DNA from: Desulfurococcales archaeon | GTDB lineage: Archaea; Thermoproteota; Thermoprotei_A; Sulfolobales; Desulfurococcaceae | Direction: 5' to 3' | NCBI GenBank assembly: GCA_027022365.1 | Contig: JALVYU010000026.1 | Location: 544,001-608,000 of the forward strand | DNA length: 64,000 nucleotides | Shown: piece after piece, positions 30,570-39,790 of the stretch | Position numbering within the stretch: position 1 is the stretch's first letter | How the letters are laid out: each line of letters begins with the position of its first letter | Position numbers and translations under genes: made by a program | The notes under the pieces: model-generated | What the model was told of the DNA's origin: nothing | Databases searched by the model: none | The model's input: only the letters and a program-made list of their open reading frames with translations

Positions 30570-31373
30570 GTGCCTATACCAAGAAAAGAATTACCCCGTG
30601 TAGGAGAATATGTTGTGGCGACAGTTAAGAAGATCTTCGATTATGGTGCCTACGTCACTCTCGACGAGTACAATGATATGGAAGCTTATCTTCCTTGGAG
30701 CGAAGTAGCATCTAGGTGGGTTAGAAACATAAGAGATGTAATCCGCGAAAACCAGAAGATAGTTGTTAAGGTCATTCGTGTTAACAGACGAAGAAAAACA
30801 GTTGATGTATCCCTTAAAAAAGTCCCGGACAATGAGAGAAGGCGGAAGATGCTGTGGTGGAAACGCTATCTAAAAGCTTCAAAGATTATTGAGCTAGTAG
30901 CTGAAAAGATCGGTAAATCGATAGAGGAAGCCTACAAGGAGGTTGTATGGAAACTCGAAGACTATTATGGTGACCCACTCTACGGCCTTGAAGAAGCAGT
31001 GCTCCGTGGCCCTGACGCGTTACGAGAAGCGGGTATACCAGAGGAATGGATAGAGCCACTCTATAACGAGGCGCTCCGCCACGTCAAGGTTAAAATGGTT
31101 AGAATACGCGGAATCCTAACGCTGAGGTGTTTAAAACCTGATGGTGTAGAGAGAATAAGAGAAGTTCTCAAGGCCATCGAAGAAAACATTGTTAATGAGA
31201 AACAGAAGGTTAAAGGACGGGTTTATCTACTTGGTTCGCCAAGGTACGTACTAGAAATAACTGCTCCAGACTATAAGACTGCCGAGAGAATACTGGGCAA
31301 TGCGTTGAAGAAAGCAGAAAAACTCGCCAAGAAGCTGGGTGTTGAAATTAGCTTCGAGCGTGAGAAGCGTTGA
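30570..31373 (+). CDS. eif2a: Translation initiation factor aIF2 alpha
   Basis: LP.VGE.VV.TV S1 domain, SEVASRWVRNIRD, GSPRY. Confidence 0.95.
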   Translation: MPIPRKELPRVGEYVVATVKKIFDYGAYVTLDEYNDMEAYLPWSEVASRWVRNIRDVIRENQKIVVKVIRVNRRRKTVDVSLKKVPDNERRRKMLWWKRYLKASKIIELVAEKIGKSIEEAYKEVVWKLEDYYGDPLYGLEEAVLRGPDALREAGIPEEWIEPLYNEALRHVKVKMVRIRGILTLRCLKPDGVERIREVLKAIEENIVNEKQKVKGRVYLLGSPRYVLEITAPDYKTAERILGNALKKAEKLAKKLGVEISFEREKR

Positions 31374-31570
31374 AGTGGCTGATGCGTAGATGCTCTAGGT
31401 GCGGCAGATATACGCTCCGACATGATAGGTGTCCGTATTGTGGCGGAGAACTATATGTGCCGCACCCGCATCGATTCAGTCCTGATGATAAGTATGTTGC
31501 CTACAGGATTGAAATGAAGAGGAAAACAGGTGTTTTAGCTCTAGATAAACCTGTTTATTACGATCCCTAG
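31370..31570 (+). CDS. nop10: H/ACA RNP protein Nop10
   Basis: C..C..YTL...CP.CG...PHPHRFSPDDKY. Confidence 0.93.
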   Translation: MKWLMRRCSRCGRYTLRHDRCPYCGGELYVPHPHRFSPDDKYVAYRIEMKRKTGVLALDKPVYYDP

Positions 31571-31576
31571 TATTCG

Positions 31577-32668
31577 TCATTGTTTCTTTAGTAGCGAGTA
31601 AAGATAATCTATCATTTTCAGGCCCGAGCCCGTGAGCGGCAATAATATGGGTTCTTCTACATCACCTTTATCTTCAATGTATTTAAGAATACCAGCTAGT
31701 GATGCGGCGCTTGTCGGTTCAATAATGAACCCCATTCTTATCAGATCCTTTAAAGAAGATATTATTTCATCATTGTCTACTACCACGATATCCCCATACT
31801 TCTTTATGATCTCGGCTATTTCGTGTTTACGTGGTGGATCACGAACCATTATGCCATCGGCAATGCTTGAGTCGCCGCGGCATTGTTTTCCATAGATTAA
31901 TTCATAGATGGGTGCCGATGAAACGCCTTGGATGCCTATAATGCGGGGCATTGTGCCGATAAGCCCTAGATCTACTAGGTCCTTGAATCCCTTATATATG
32001 CCTAGCAGGAGCGAACCGCTTCCGATGGGGACAACCACGGTTCCGTGTTTAAACCCTTCTTCGTATGCTTCATATGCTATAGTTTTATTAGCGTGATAGA
32101 ACAAGGGGTTCCAAGTATGAGCTACGTAGCAGGTAGTCTCATCTATTAGCTCGAGAACCTTTTTGGCCGCATCAGGCCTAGTCGGGGCCTCTATGATTTT
32201 TCCCCCTAGGAGTCTAATGAGGTTCTTCTTACCTTCTGGCGCGTACTGGGGCATAACAATGGCTGCTTGCATGTTGTTTATCCGAGAATAGAGTGCTGTA
32301 GCTATGCCTGTGTTGCCGCTTGTATCTTCCACTACTTTTGAGTATCCCAGTGAGGAAGCATAGGATAGAGTTAGTGATGCCCCCCTATCTTTGAAGCTCC
32401 CACCTGGATTCAGATACTCGAGTTTAAATAGGAAGCTTTTACCCTTAATGCTCCTTTTGATTAGAGGGGTTTCCCCCTCACCGAGATATTTGATATTCTG
32501 TACTGGTAGCATGGATCTATATCTTAGTATTCCGCGGCCTTTAGGCCTCCATTCAATGTCGTAGATCAGGTCTAGAGGGGCGCCGCATTTTGGGCATTTC
32601 CAATAATAGTGTTTGCCTAGCTCTTCTTTAAACCCGCAATTCCTACAATAATATGTCGGGTTCCCCAT
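31577..32668 (-). CDS. Threonine synthase-like PLP enzyme (fold type II)
   Basis: N-terminal Zn ribbon, LGEGETP, NPGGSFKDRG, TSGNTG, EPTSA. Confidence 0.85.
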   Translation of the reverse strand: MGNPTYYCRNCGFKEELGKHYYWKCPKCGAPLDLIYDIEWRPKGRGILRYRSMLPVQNIKYLGEGETPLIKRSIKGKSFLFKLEYLNPGGSFKDRGASLTLSYASSLGYSKVVEDTSGNTGIATALYSRINNMQAAIVMPQYAPEGKKNLIRLLGGKIIEAPTRPDAAKKVLELIDETTCYVAHTWNPLFYHANKTIAYEAYEEGFKHGTVVVPIGSGSLLLGIYKGFKDLVDLGLIGTMPRIIGIQGVSSAPIYELIYGKQCRGDSSIADGIMVRDPPRKHEIAEIIKKYGDIVVVDNDEIISSLKDLIRMGFIIEPTSAASLAGILKYIEDKGDVEEPILLPLTGSGLKMIDYLYSLLKKQ

Positions 32669-32790
32669 AGAGATTACCTTGAAGAGTCCTGTTATTTAGA
32701 GTTATAAGGACGTAATATTATATTGGCTTATCTCTTCGAAGAGATGATTCTGTTACTAATCATATGTTGTGCGGATTTTTGTGAGGAAGG

Positions 32791-32865
32791 CGCCGCCGCC
32801 GGGATTTGAACCCGGGTCACGGGCTCGACAGGCCCGCATACTAGGCCGGGCTATACTACGGCGGC
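32791..32865 (-). tRNA. tRNA-Asp(GTC)
   Basis: Cloverleaf GCCGCCG...CGGGC-CTGTCGA-GCCCG...GGTTCAAATCC. Confidence 0.95.
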
Positions 32866-33191
32866 AGTTCCGGTTTCGATAATATTCCCGAGCCGGGGTT
32901 TTTATTTTTCACGGTTAACACATTACGGTTCCCGGTAATGCTATAGGCGAGCTTACCGGGTTTTATATGGTTGTATCGTGTTTTCTATAGTTGTTTTTCT
33001 ATGTATATTGCTGCTGTATATTAGAGACTAGAGAGGAGCCCATAGATGGGTCTCTAAAAGGGTTGCTCAAACGAACTATATCATATATGTAGGGTTACCT
33101 CGTCTGTTTTTAGGTGCTTTGAGGGAGCTTGGTAGAGTATTAAGCATTAATAATATTATGTTGAGAAATCATGTAAAGAGGCGGGTCTACA

Positions 33192-33866
33192 TTGAAAATT
33201 TATGGACATAGAGCTAACACGGTCAGAATAATAAGATATTATCTGAGAACAGGCGTCAAGGCTTTCGAGGTCGACTTGGCCCTGGACGAGAGTAGTGGAA
33301 GGATTGTTCTTAGGCATGGACCGAGCCCTATCAAGAGGCCGAGTATTCCAGGACGGATCATGGCTTGGATAGACTATCATTTCTTCTACCGTGATCCATT
33401 GATAAGGAAAATTAGTTTTGAAGAAATACTAGATCTAGCGGAAAAACATGATATTGAACTATTGCTAGACATAAAGGATCTAAGGACTGCCGGGAAACTC
33501 GCCGATGTTCTCTCTACCGTTGATCCACGTAGGCTCGGCCTTGCCGTTTCTTCCGAGGATCATAGAGCGGTAAAATATCTGGCTGAAAAGCTAGGCAGAG
33601 TTCTATTGCTGGTAAGCCTCAGTATACGGCCTATAGACGTTGCACGTTTAGTTTCTGATGCATCGGCAAATGGTGTTTCAATAAAATACACGTGGCTCAC
33701 ACCCGAGCTGGTAGCTGAATTAAAGGATAAGGGATACATGATCTATGCTTGGACGATCAATGATCCTAAGGAGCTAGAAGCAATGTATAATCTAGGAGTT
33801 GACGCAGTCATAAGCGATTGCCCTGATAAACTCATAAAGTATTTGTCGAAGCAGAATCGATTATAG
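33192..33866 (+). CDS. Glycerophosphodiester phosphodiesterase family protein
   Basis: GHR, EVD, H, WTIND, GVDAVISD.P. Confidence 0.85.
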   Translation: MKIYGHRANTVRIIRYYLRTGVKAFEVDLALDESSGRIVLRHGPSPIKRPSIPGRIMAWIDYHFFYRDPLIRKISFEEILDLAEKHDIELLLDIKDLRTAGKLADVLSTVDPRRLGLAVSSEDHRAVKYLAEKLGRVLLLVSLSIRPIDVARLVSDASANGVSIKYTWLTPELVAELKDKGYMIYAWTINDPKELEAMYNLGVDAVISDCPDKLIKYLSKQNRL

Positions 33867-33920
33867 TGGGAGGTCTGAAGCCGTGAATAGGCTTGGCGGC
33901 AGAAACGATTAGAACAAACC

Positions 33921-34082
33921 CTACTTTACCTTGAAGCTTCTCTTAGGCCTGAGATTCTTGCTCTTACACCGCCTACATTTTGTAGCGTTAGGCGGATTTA
34001 TCGCTCCACACTTCCTACAGATCTTTTTATTCATTACCCTGTTGTATACTATTCTTAGTTTAACCGGATCAGTAATCGGCAT
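33921..34082 (-). CDS. rpl40e: 50S ribosomal protein L40e (absent from ORF track)
   Basis: Translates [53 protein letters not shown]. Confidence 0.95.
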   Translation of the reverse strand: MPITDPVKLRIVYNRVMNKKICRKCGAINPPNATKCRRCKSKNLRPKRSFKVK

Positions 34083-34215
34083 AACTCCACACCAGCCCCC
34101 TACTCAACTCTTACCTAGAACAATGGAGAACAACGCCTAAATAAATATGTTTTCTTAAAACCAGGGAAAACCAATATAAGACACATACATGGTAGATATC
34201 GACCTGGAAGGGCCC

Positions 34216-34273
34216 GGACTGCGAGCGGAAAGCGATGAAGAACCTAGGCCACGAAAGCCCGGCGCAGTCTACA
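34216..34273 (+). ncRNA. Candidate guide sRNA (H/ACA-like hairpin) upstream of tRNA-His
   Basis: Basal stem GGACTGCG/CGCAGTCT followed by ACA; internal CGATGA...ACGA boxes. Confidence 0.4.
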
Positions 34274-34278
34274 AAGGT

Positions 34279-34380
34279 GGCCCGGGTAGCTCAGCCTGGT
34301 TAGAGCGCCGGGCTGTGGCCTCCGATGAAAACGAGGAGGCGGAAACCCGGAGGTCCCGGGTTCAAATCCCGGCCCGGGCC
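34279..34380 (+). tRNA. tRNA-His(GTG) with encoded G-1 and 26-nt intron (34319-34344)
   Basis: CCGGG-CTGTGG^A-CCCGG anticodon arm, C73, GGTTCAAATCC. Confidence 0.93.
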
Positions 34381-34493
34381 CTTATTTTCTCACTAAGCCT
34401 ATCTATTTAGAATATACCGCCAGCAATACACACCTGGTATATAATTTCTTTTTTCTTATTCACTCTTCCAAGCTCTCAGAAATTTTGAATTCA

Positions 34494-35640
34494 TTTTCAA
34501 ATTTTCTTTCTTTGTTTCCAAGATACAACATTATTAAGTGAGGGATCTACACGTTCCTCTTTCAATTTTTGTTTATTGTTTCTCTCGCCTACTATCGGCT
34601 CACGAGCGACGATGTATTGTTGGAGATGATGCTTTCAATTTTTGTTTATTGTTTCAGCCTAGTTCTTGATAGGCTCAAGGATGATACTATTTCTTTCAAT
34701 TTTTGTTTATTGTTTCCGCAAGGTATGTTTGCTGACGCATGTTCTGAGAGGAACCGATATCTTTCAATTTTTGTTTATTGTTTCACAATACCAGTACATA
34801 CTACCATACATTAGACTGCTAACTTTCAATTTTTGTTTATTGTTTCTTTCCTGTAGTGCTTCAGGGCTTGTACTATGATGTATGCGCTTTCAATTTTTGT
34901 TTATTGTTTCGGGTGAGGAACGGTAGCGGGGAGATCGTGGCGGAGTCTACTCTTTCAATTTTTGTTTATTGTTTCACAATCCATGATCATCCGGAGATCA
35001 GGATCTATTATGCTTTCAATTTTTGTTTATTGTTTCACCCCTACGACCTAGCCGACGCAATGAGTAGAGCATACAATACTTTCAATTTTTGTTTATTGTT
35101 TCAAGGCGATCAAGAAGAAACCCACCGATAAGGTGGAGAGCACCGCTTTCAATTTTTGTTTATTGTTTCGGATGAGGGGAGCCGGCCCCTGGTTGTTGAT
35201 GATAATGGTAATACTTTCAATTTTTGTTTATTGTTTCTTGCCGAAGGAGTGATGTTACCAATAGAACGGCTAATGACGGGCTTTCAATTTTTGTTTATTG
35301 TTTCGAACTGTACTGAGCGCGTATGTATTATGTATCTTGGCTCCAGCACTTTCAATTTTTGTTTATTGTTTCGATCGGCGGATTCGTCAGCGACATAATA
35401 CACGCAACCGGTAACTCTTTCAATTTTTGTTTATTGTTTCGGTATCGTGATGACTAGGCTTGAGCCTTTACGCCATACACGTGCTCTTTCAATTTTTGTT
35501 TATTGTTTCATACTAAAACACCACGAGGATGTGTTACAACATACTATGAGCTTTCAATTTTTGTTTATTGTTTCTTCCTCCAGAGGAGCCTGAGCCTATA
35601 CTTACCAGGAAGTGGGCTTTCAATTTTTGTTTATTGTTTC
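34494..35640 (-). CRISPR. CRISPR array: 17 identical 24-bp repeats (GAAACAATAAACAAAAATTGAAAG on - strand) plus 1 degenerate trailer repeat; 17 spacers of about 37-49 nt
   Basis: CTTTCAATTTTTGTTTATTGTTTC from 34559 to 35640; degenerate copy at 34494-34518. Confidence 0.97.
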
Positions 35641-35900
35641 TGTTCTTGTTTGTTTCTTTGGTTGTTTATATGTTTGTTATTGTTTTTAGTTTTGTTGTTT
35701 GTTTTCCTGTTTTCTCCTTGGGGCTGATGGGGATCTCGGGTAGAAAAGCTTAAATAAGCGCCTAATGGTGCTCCCGGGAACTATAGGGAAAACTGCCCGG
35801 GAACTGTATAGATCACATTAACACTTCTATAACAAGCACAACAAAATCTAATGATCTACAACCAGAAACGAACAGATGGAGAAGACACGGTTTCCCGGGA
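35641..35900 (-). promoter_or_regulatory. CRISPR leader with putative TATA box
   Basis: Low-complexity, A-rich on - strand; CATATAAA about 25-30 nt upstream of the first repeat; opposite end from the degenerate repeat. Confidence 0.7.
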
Positions 35901-36155
35901 GAGATCGGGATGTTTCACAATAGTGTTTTATCTTTGTATGCAGGTATTACTTGTTTTTTCAAATGTTTTTGTGAGGATGCCGGCTAGGAATTGGCTTGGA
36001 TTAAGTATTTTTGTTTGTGGTTTTTGTTTTGGTTTTTTCTTTTCTAGGATGGATGTTGGAAAAAATAAAGCTCTAATTATGTTTGTGAGTGATCGTATTC
36101 TTTTGTGGTGCTAATTGAGATTGGGACAAATTACTGCGTGTTTATTCTTGTTGGG

Positions 36156-36431
36156 TTAGGTTTTTTGTTCGAGGTTTTTTATCTTTTTTATCTCGTTGCT
36201 TATTTTCTTGATGAGTAGCTCTATTACCTCTATTCTTTCCCTGATATATTTTATTGCTTCATCCAGCGTTACCTCGATGAGCATGTTGCCTATCGTGCGG
36301 TATATTTTTCTGTTTTTGTTCTTTTTCAAAAGATCTTCGGCGATTAGTAGTTCTTGTTTTTCGTTATTTAGTTCTATCAGTTGTTTCTTTAGTTGTTGGA
36401 GCTCGTAGTATTTTGTCAGTGTGTCTTTCAT
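36156..36431 (-). CDS. pfdB: Prefoldin beta-like subunit
   Basis: Coiled coil - IYRTIGNMLIE hairpin - coiled coil. Confidence 0.75.
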   Translation of the reverse strand: MKDTLTKYYELQQLKKQLIELNNEKQELLIAEDLLKKNKNRKIYRTIGNMLIEVTLDEAIKYIRERIEVIELLIKKISNEIKKIKNLEQKT

Positions 36432-36438
36432 TTCTGGT

Positions 36439-36879
36439 TCACTGCTCAGCTTTCCTTGAGAGCTTCTCGACTTGGGGAAGGATTTCGTTTATCTTTCTAT
36501 TGATCTCCTCGAGCTTTCTCAGGAGGTCAAGCCTTATGTTCTCGAGTATCTTGATCCTTTCCTCGAGCATCTGCTTTGCTTCGCTGATCGATGCTTCGAT
36601 ACTTATTCTTCCACCGACACCCATTATGATGTTCTCTATTTTCTCTATCCTTGCTCTTATGTAGTTGCCAGCGCCTATAGGTACAAGCACTGTTTTTCCT
36701 TCGCCATGCTTTTCTAAGTACTCGAGCGTCTCGATGGCTGTCGCTAAATCCTGGATAGTGGCCGTTATTACATCTATTTGGTTCCTAATATACTCGGCCT
36801 GCCCGATTAGACTGCGTAATTCGTCCTGAAGCTCGACCAGTTTCTTATGATCAAGAACTGTTTTCTCGGTTCCACTCAT
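36439..36879 (-). CDS. pfdA: Prefoldin alpha subunit
   Basis: LVPIGAGNYI...IIMGVGG..SIE. Confidence 0.92.
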   Translation of the reverse strand: MSGTEKTVLDHKKLVELQDELRSLIGQAEYIRNQIDVITATIQDLATAIETLEYLEKHGEGKTVLVPIGAGNYIRARIEKIENIIMGVGGRISIEASISEAKQMLEERIKILENIRLDLLRKLEEINRKINEILPQVEKLSRKAEQ

Positions 36880-37265
36880 TTATATCACCGGAAAAACACT
36901 ATATATGATCGCTTATAAAAATTTTTGATTATTATATTCTTTTACATTATCATATATGAGAATAACATATTCATTAAATATATACTGAATTATGTAAACT
37001 TTGTATTAAAATTAATTCGTGTTATGACAATATCGATTAGTTCTATCTAAAGGTTACTCTATTACATTGTAGAATACGCCTGTAATAGATCATATACAAC
37101 TAGGGCACCAGTGCTGTTTCCAGCGTATTTGACTGTTAGGGAATACATTCGGGCGATGATAGACTTCATTATGAAAGTTTTTTCTATAAATTGTTTGCTC
37201 ACAACTTGTTAGCACTTCTCGTTAATTATCCTTATTTTTACCTTATCGGCCGATAATAGTGTGGG

Positions 37266-38108
37266 ATGAATGAACTGGTGTCCGGTATGAGTGGATCGAG
37301 TAGGGGATTGGCGGCGGTATTGATCATAGCTGTGATTGTGGCCTTGTTTCCCATAATAATGGGGGCGATCGATAACGCGCTATATGGAGCGGAATCAAGG
37401 ACATCAACAGTGACTGTGTCTCAGTCGCCCGGTGTACAGATCCTTGTGCCGCAGCTAGTGTCTCAGCAGGGTGCAGATAGACTTGTCGTGGAGCCCGGCA
37501 AAGCGGTAGTTCCGGCTGGTGAAACCATCGATGTGAAAATCTACGTGTATTTCAAGCACTCTCAGCCGTGCCCGTATTCTGACTGGCATGTAGAATACAG
37601 TGTTTCTGGGGGGATAGAGGTCGTGAGCGATGATGGTGGTAAGCTAGTTGATCCTAAGACGTATGAGAGAACACTAACAATAAAGGTTGTCTCGCCGGGA
37701 ACGCTAACCGTCACCTACTACTATGGTACCGGGTGCCCGGAGGGCACCATGGAGAGAGTCGTGGCGGAGTTCTACACTTCTGCGGAGCAAGCAGGCAACG
37801 TCTCCACGACTACAACGACCTCTACAACACAGACATCCTCGGTAGAAGAAACGTATGTGAATATTACGGGGAGAGTTGTTGCGGTCAATGCTGAGGCACG
37901 CTACATTGTAGTGGATAATAAGACTATATACTTCAGGGGGACATGGCTCGATGTCCATACAAATAAAACACTTACAGATGCGGAAGCAGTCGGGCTCATC
38001 AGGCCCGGAGACACGATCATAGCTGTCTGTAAGGTTACAGGCTCCGGTAGGCTCATGGCGGAGAAAATAATTGTTAATGGTACCCTTGTGCTCGAGAGGA
38101 GCGAATAA
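37266..38108 (+). CDS. Membrane-anchored/secreted protein: beta-rich domain, Thr-rich linker, C-terminal OB-like domain
   Basis: N-terminal hydrophobic helix, STTTTTSTTQTSS linker. Confidence 0.65.
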   Translation: MNELVSGMSGSSRGLAAVLIIAVIVALFPIIMGAIDNALYGAESRTSTVTVSQSPGVQILVPQLVSQQGADRLVVEPGKAVVPAGETIDVKIYVYFKHSQPCPYSDWHVEYSVSGGIEVVSDDGGKLVDPKTYERTLTIKVVSPGTLTVTYYYGTGCPEGTMERVVAEFYTSAEQAGNVSTTTTTSTTQTSSVEETYVNITGRVVAVNAEARYIVVDNKTIYFRGTWLDVHTNKTLTDAEAVGLIRPGDTIIAVCKVTGSGRLMAEKIIVNGTLVLERSE

Positions 38109-38130
38109 GTCGTGGGAGGTGTTGTGGGCG

Positions 38131-38379
38131 GTGAACATATACGGCTTAAGGAGAATCGTGTCTATATGCTTGCTAATCTCAGCCATACTGGTGTTTGTAT
38201 CGGGCATAGTACTGTATCTGAGAACAACCCATGTATTGTATCGTGTGGTGATATGGATACCGGCTTGGATCATAGACGATATACACGTGTATGCGGGTTT
38301 CGTGGTGTCCGGACTGGCGATAATACATGTGTACCTAAACTGGAACGCGCTGAAGAATTATTTCAAGCGCAGGAAATAG
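38131..38379 (+). CDS. Small 2-TM protein (DUF4405/cytochrome b-like His pair)
   Basis: SGIVLY...IHVYAG...IHVYLNW; GGAGGTG RBS before GTG 38131. Confidence 0.65.
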   Translation: MNIYGLRRIVSICLLISAILVFVSGIVLYLRTTHVLYRVVIWIPAWIIDDIHVYAGFVVSGLAIIHVYLNWNALKNYFKRRK

Positions 38380-38485
38380 TTGTTTTTATCCCCGTATCTT
38401 TTTAATAGTCTTTTCCACATGTAATAGTTCTCCGACGACCAACGTGTAGCTGTTGATACCTAGTAGTGTATCATAGGAGATCAGT

Positions 38486-39790
38486 ATGATAATATACAAT
38501 GCCGTTATATTATTATCACTAGCATTAATGGTAGTGCTTGTAGCGTCAAACAGAGTGCCCCGGTGGATGATAGGCATCATATTACTTGCGATCCTCCTCC
38601 TTACAGGCTCTAGCACGTTGACCGATGTAGTAAGATTTGTTGATTGGGATGTATTAGGCCTCATAGTGGGAATGGGCATCTTTACCGTGCTTCTAGAAGA
38701 ATCCGGGTTAATGGAGCTGACGGCTCGATTCATACGTGCACGGGCGGGCTCGCCCAGCATGGTATTATTCTGGATAATCCTAGCCGCGGGCCTCGTCAGC
38801 ATAATATTGGAAAACGTGACTGTTGTGCTCCTCTTCGCACCGATAGCGTATAGGTTGAGCAAGAAGTTGGGCGTTAACCCCGTACCCGTAGTCATAGGGA
38901 TAGCGCTTTCATCTAATATGGCTGGATCGGCTACTATGATAGGAGACCCGCCAGCAATAATAACGGCGGGATACTTCAACCTTGCATTCACGGATTTCAT
39001 ATGGTATCACGGCAGGCCATCAATGTTCTTCCTTACCCTCATACCCATGATAGTATCCTGCTATGTATACTCCAAAATAGTCGGTAAAGAAGTAGGCTAC
39101 AGTGTTGAACCGGTGGCTGAAGATAATGAAACTATTTGGAAAGGGCTTGACAAGATATTCGTCTACGAAGCAATACTGTTCCTCTCCATCAAAATAACGC
39201 TCCTGAGCATCAGGCACATCATACATATCCCGCTCACATTAGCTGCTCTTATAGGTGTAGGAGGCCTCTCACTAACACGTATAATCATACATAGGGACAC
39301 GGCCTCGGTAAAAAAAGCTGTGAGGAAAGGAGTTGATCTAGACATAATAGTTTTCCTCATAGGCGTGTTCGTTTTATCCGGAGCATTCGCTAAACACGGA
39401 TTAGCTGCTGCGGCGGCAAAAACGATATTGTCCCTCGCATCAGGCAACTTGTTCGTAGTAACGAGTCTGTTGATATGGCTGTCAGTAGCAGTATCGGCTG
39501 TTATGGATAATACACCCTATGTTGTCACTATGTTGCCCATAGCCAAGTATATAGCTATAGGACTAAACGTCGACCCAGTGGTCATCGCCTGGGCGCTGCT
39601 CGTAGGAGCCACGCTAGGGGGCAGCATAACATACATTGGCGCGTCAGCCAACCTGGTAGCTGTGAAGCTCCTAGAAAAGAAGGGATACAAGGTAACGTTT
39701 TCGGAGTTCATTAGAAAGAGTATACCATTCAACATGACAAACATATTGCTGGGCTGGCTCCTCTACACCATATTCTGGATAATATACTAA
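38486..39790 (+). CDS. ArsB/NhaD/SLC13-type anion transporter
   Basis: ENVT, SNMAGSATMIGDPP, DNTP, GGSITYIGASAN. Confidence 0.88.
   Translation: MIIYNAVILLSLALMVVLVASNRVPRWMIGIILLAILLLTGSSTLTDVVRFVDWDVLGLIVGMGIFTVLLEESGLMELTARFIRARAGSPSMVLFWIILAAGLVSIILENVTVVLLFAPIAYRLSKKLGVNPVPVVIGIALSSNMAGSATMIGDPPAIITAGYFNLAFTDFIWYHGRPSMFFLTLIPMIVSCYVYSKIVGKEVGYSVEPVAEDNETIWKGLDKIFVYEAILFLSIKITLLSIRHIIHIPLTLAALIGVGGLSLTRIIIHRDTASVKKAVRKGVDLDIIVFLIGVFVLSGAFAKHGLAAAAAKTILSLASGNLFVVTSLLIWLSVAVSAVMDNTPYVVTMLPIAKYIAIGLNVDPVVIAWALLVGATLGGSITYIGASANLVAVKLLEKKGYKVTFSEFIRKSIPFNMTNILLGWLLYTIFWIIY

Noticed and set aside
33931-34140. + strand 69-aa ORF
   Set aside because: Antisense shadow of rpl40e
34216-34273. Possible hammerhead ribozyme (GATGA...CGAAA)
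   Set aside because: Lacks the CUGANGA core and a three-stem junction
34189-34410. 73-aa ORF
   Set aside because: Overlaps tRNA-His; likewise 39994-40254 overlaps tRNA-Cys
34569-36114. Short ORFs across the CRISPR array and leader
   Set aside because: Translations of repeats and low-complexity DNA (recurring FNFCLLF/SIFVYCF)
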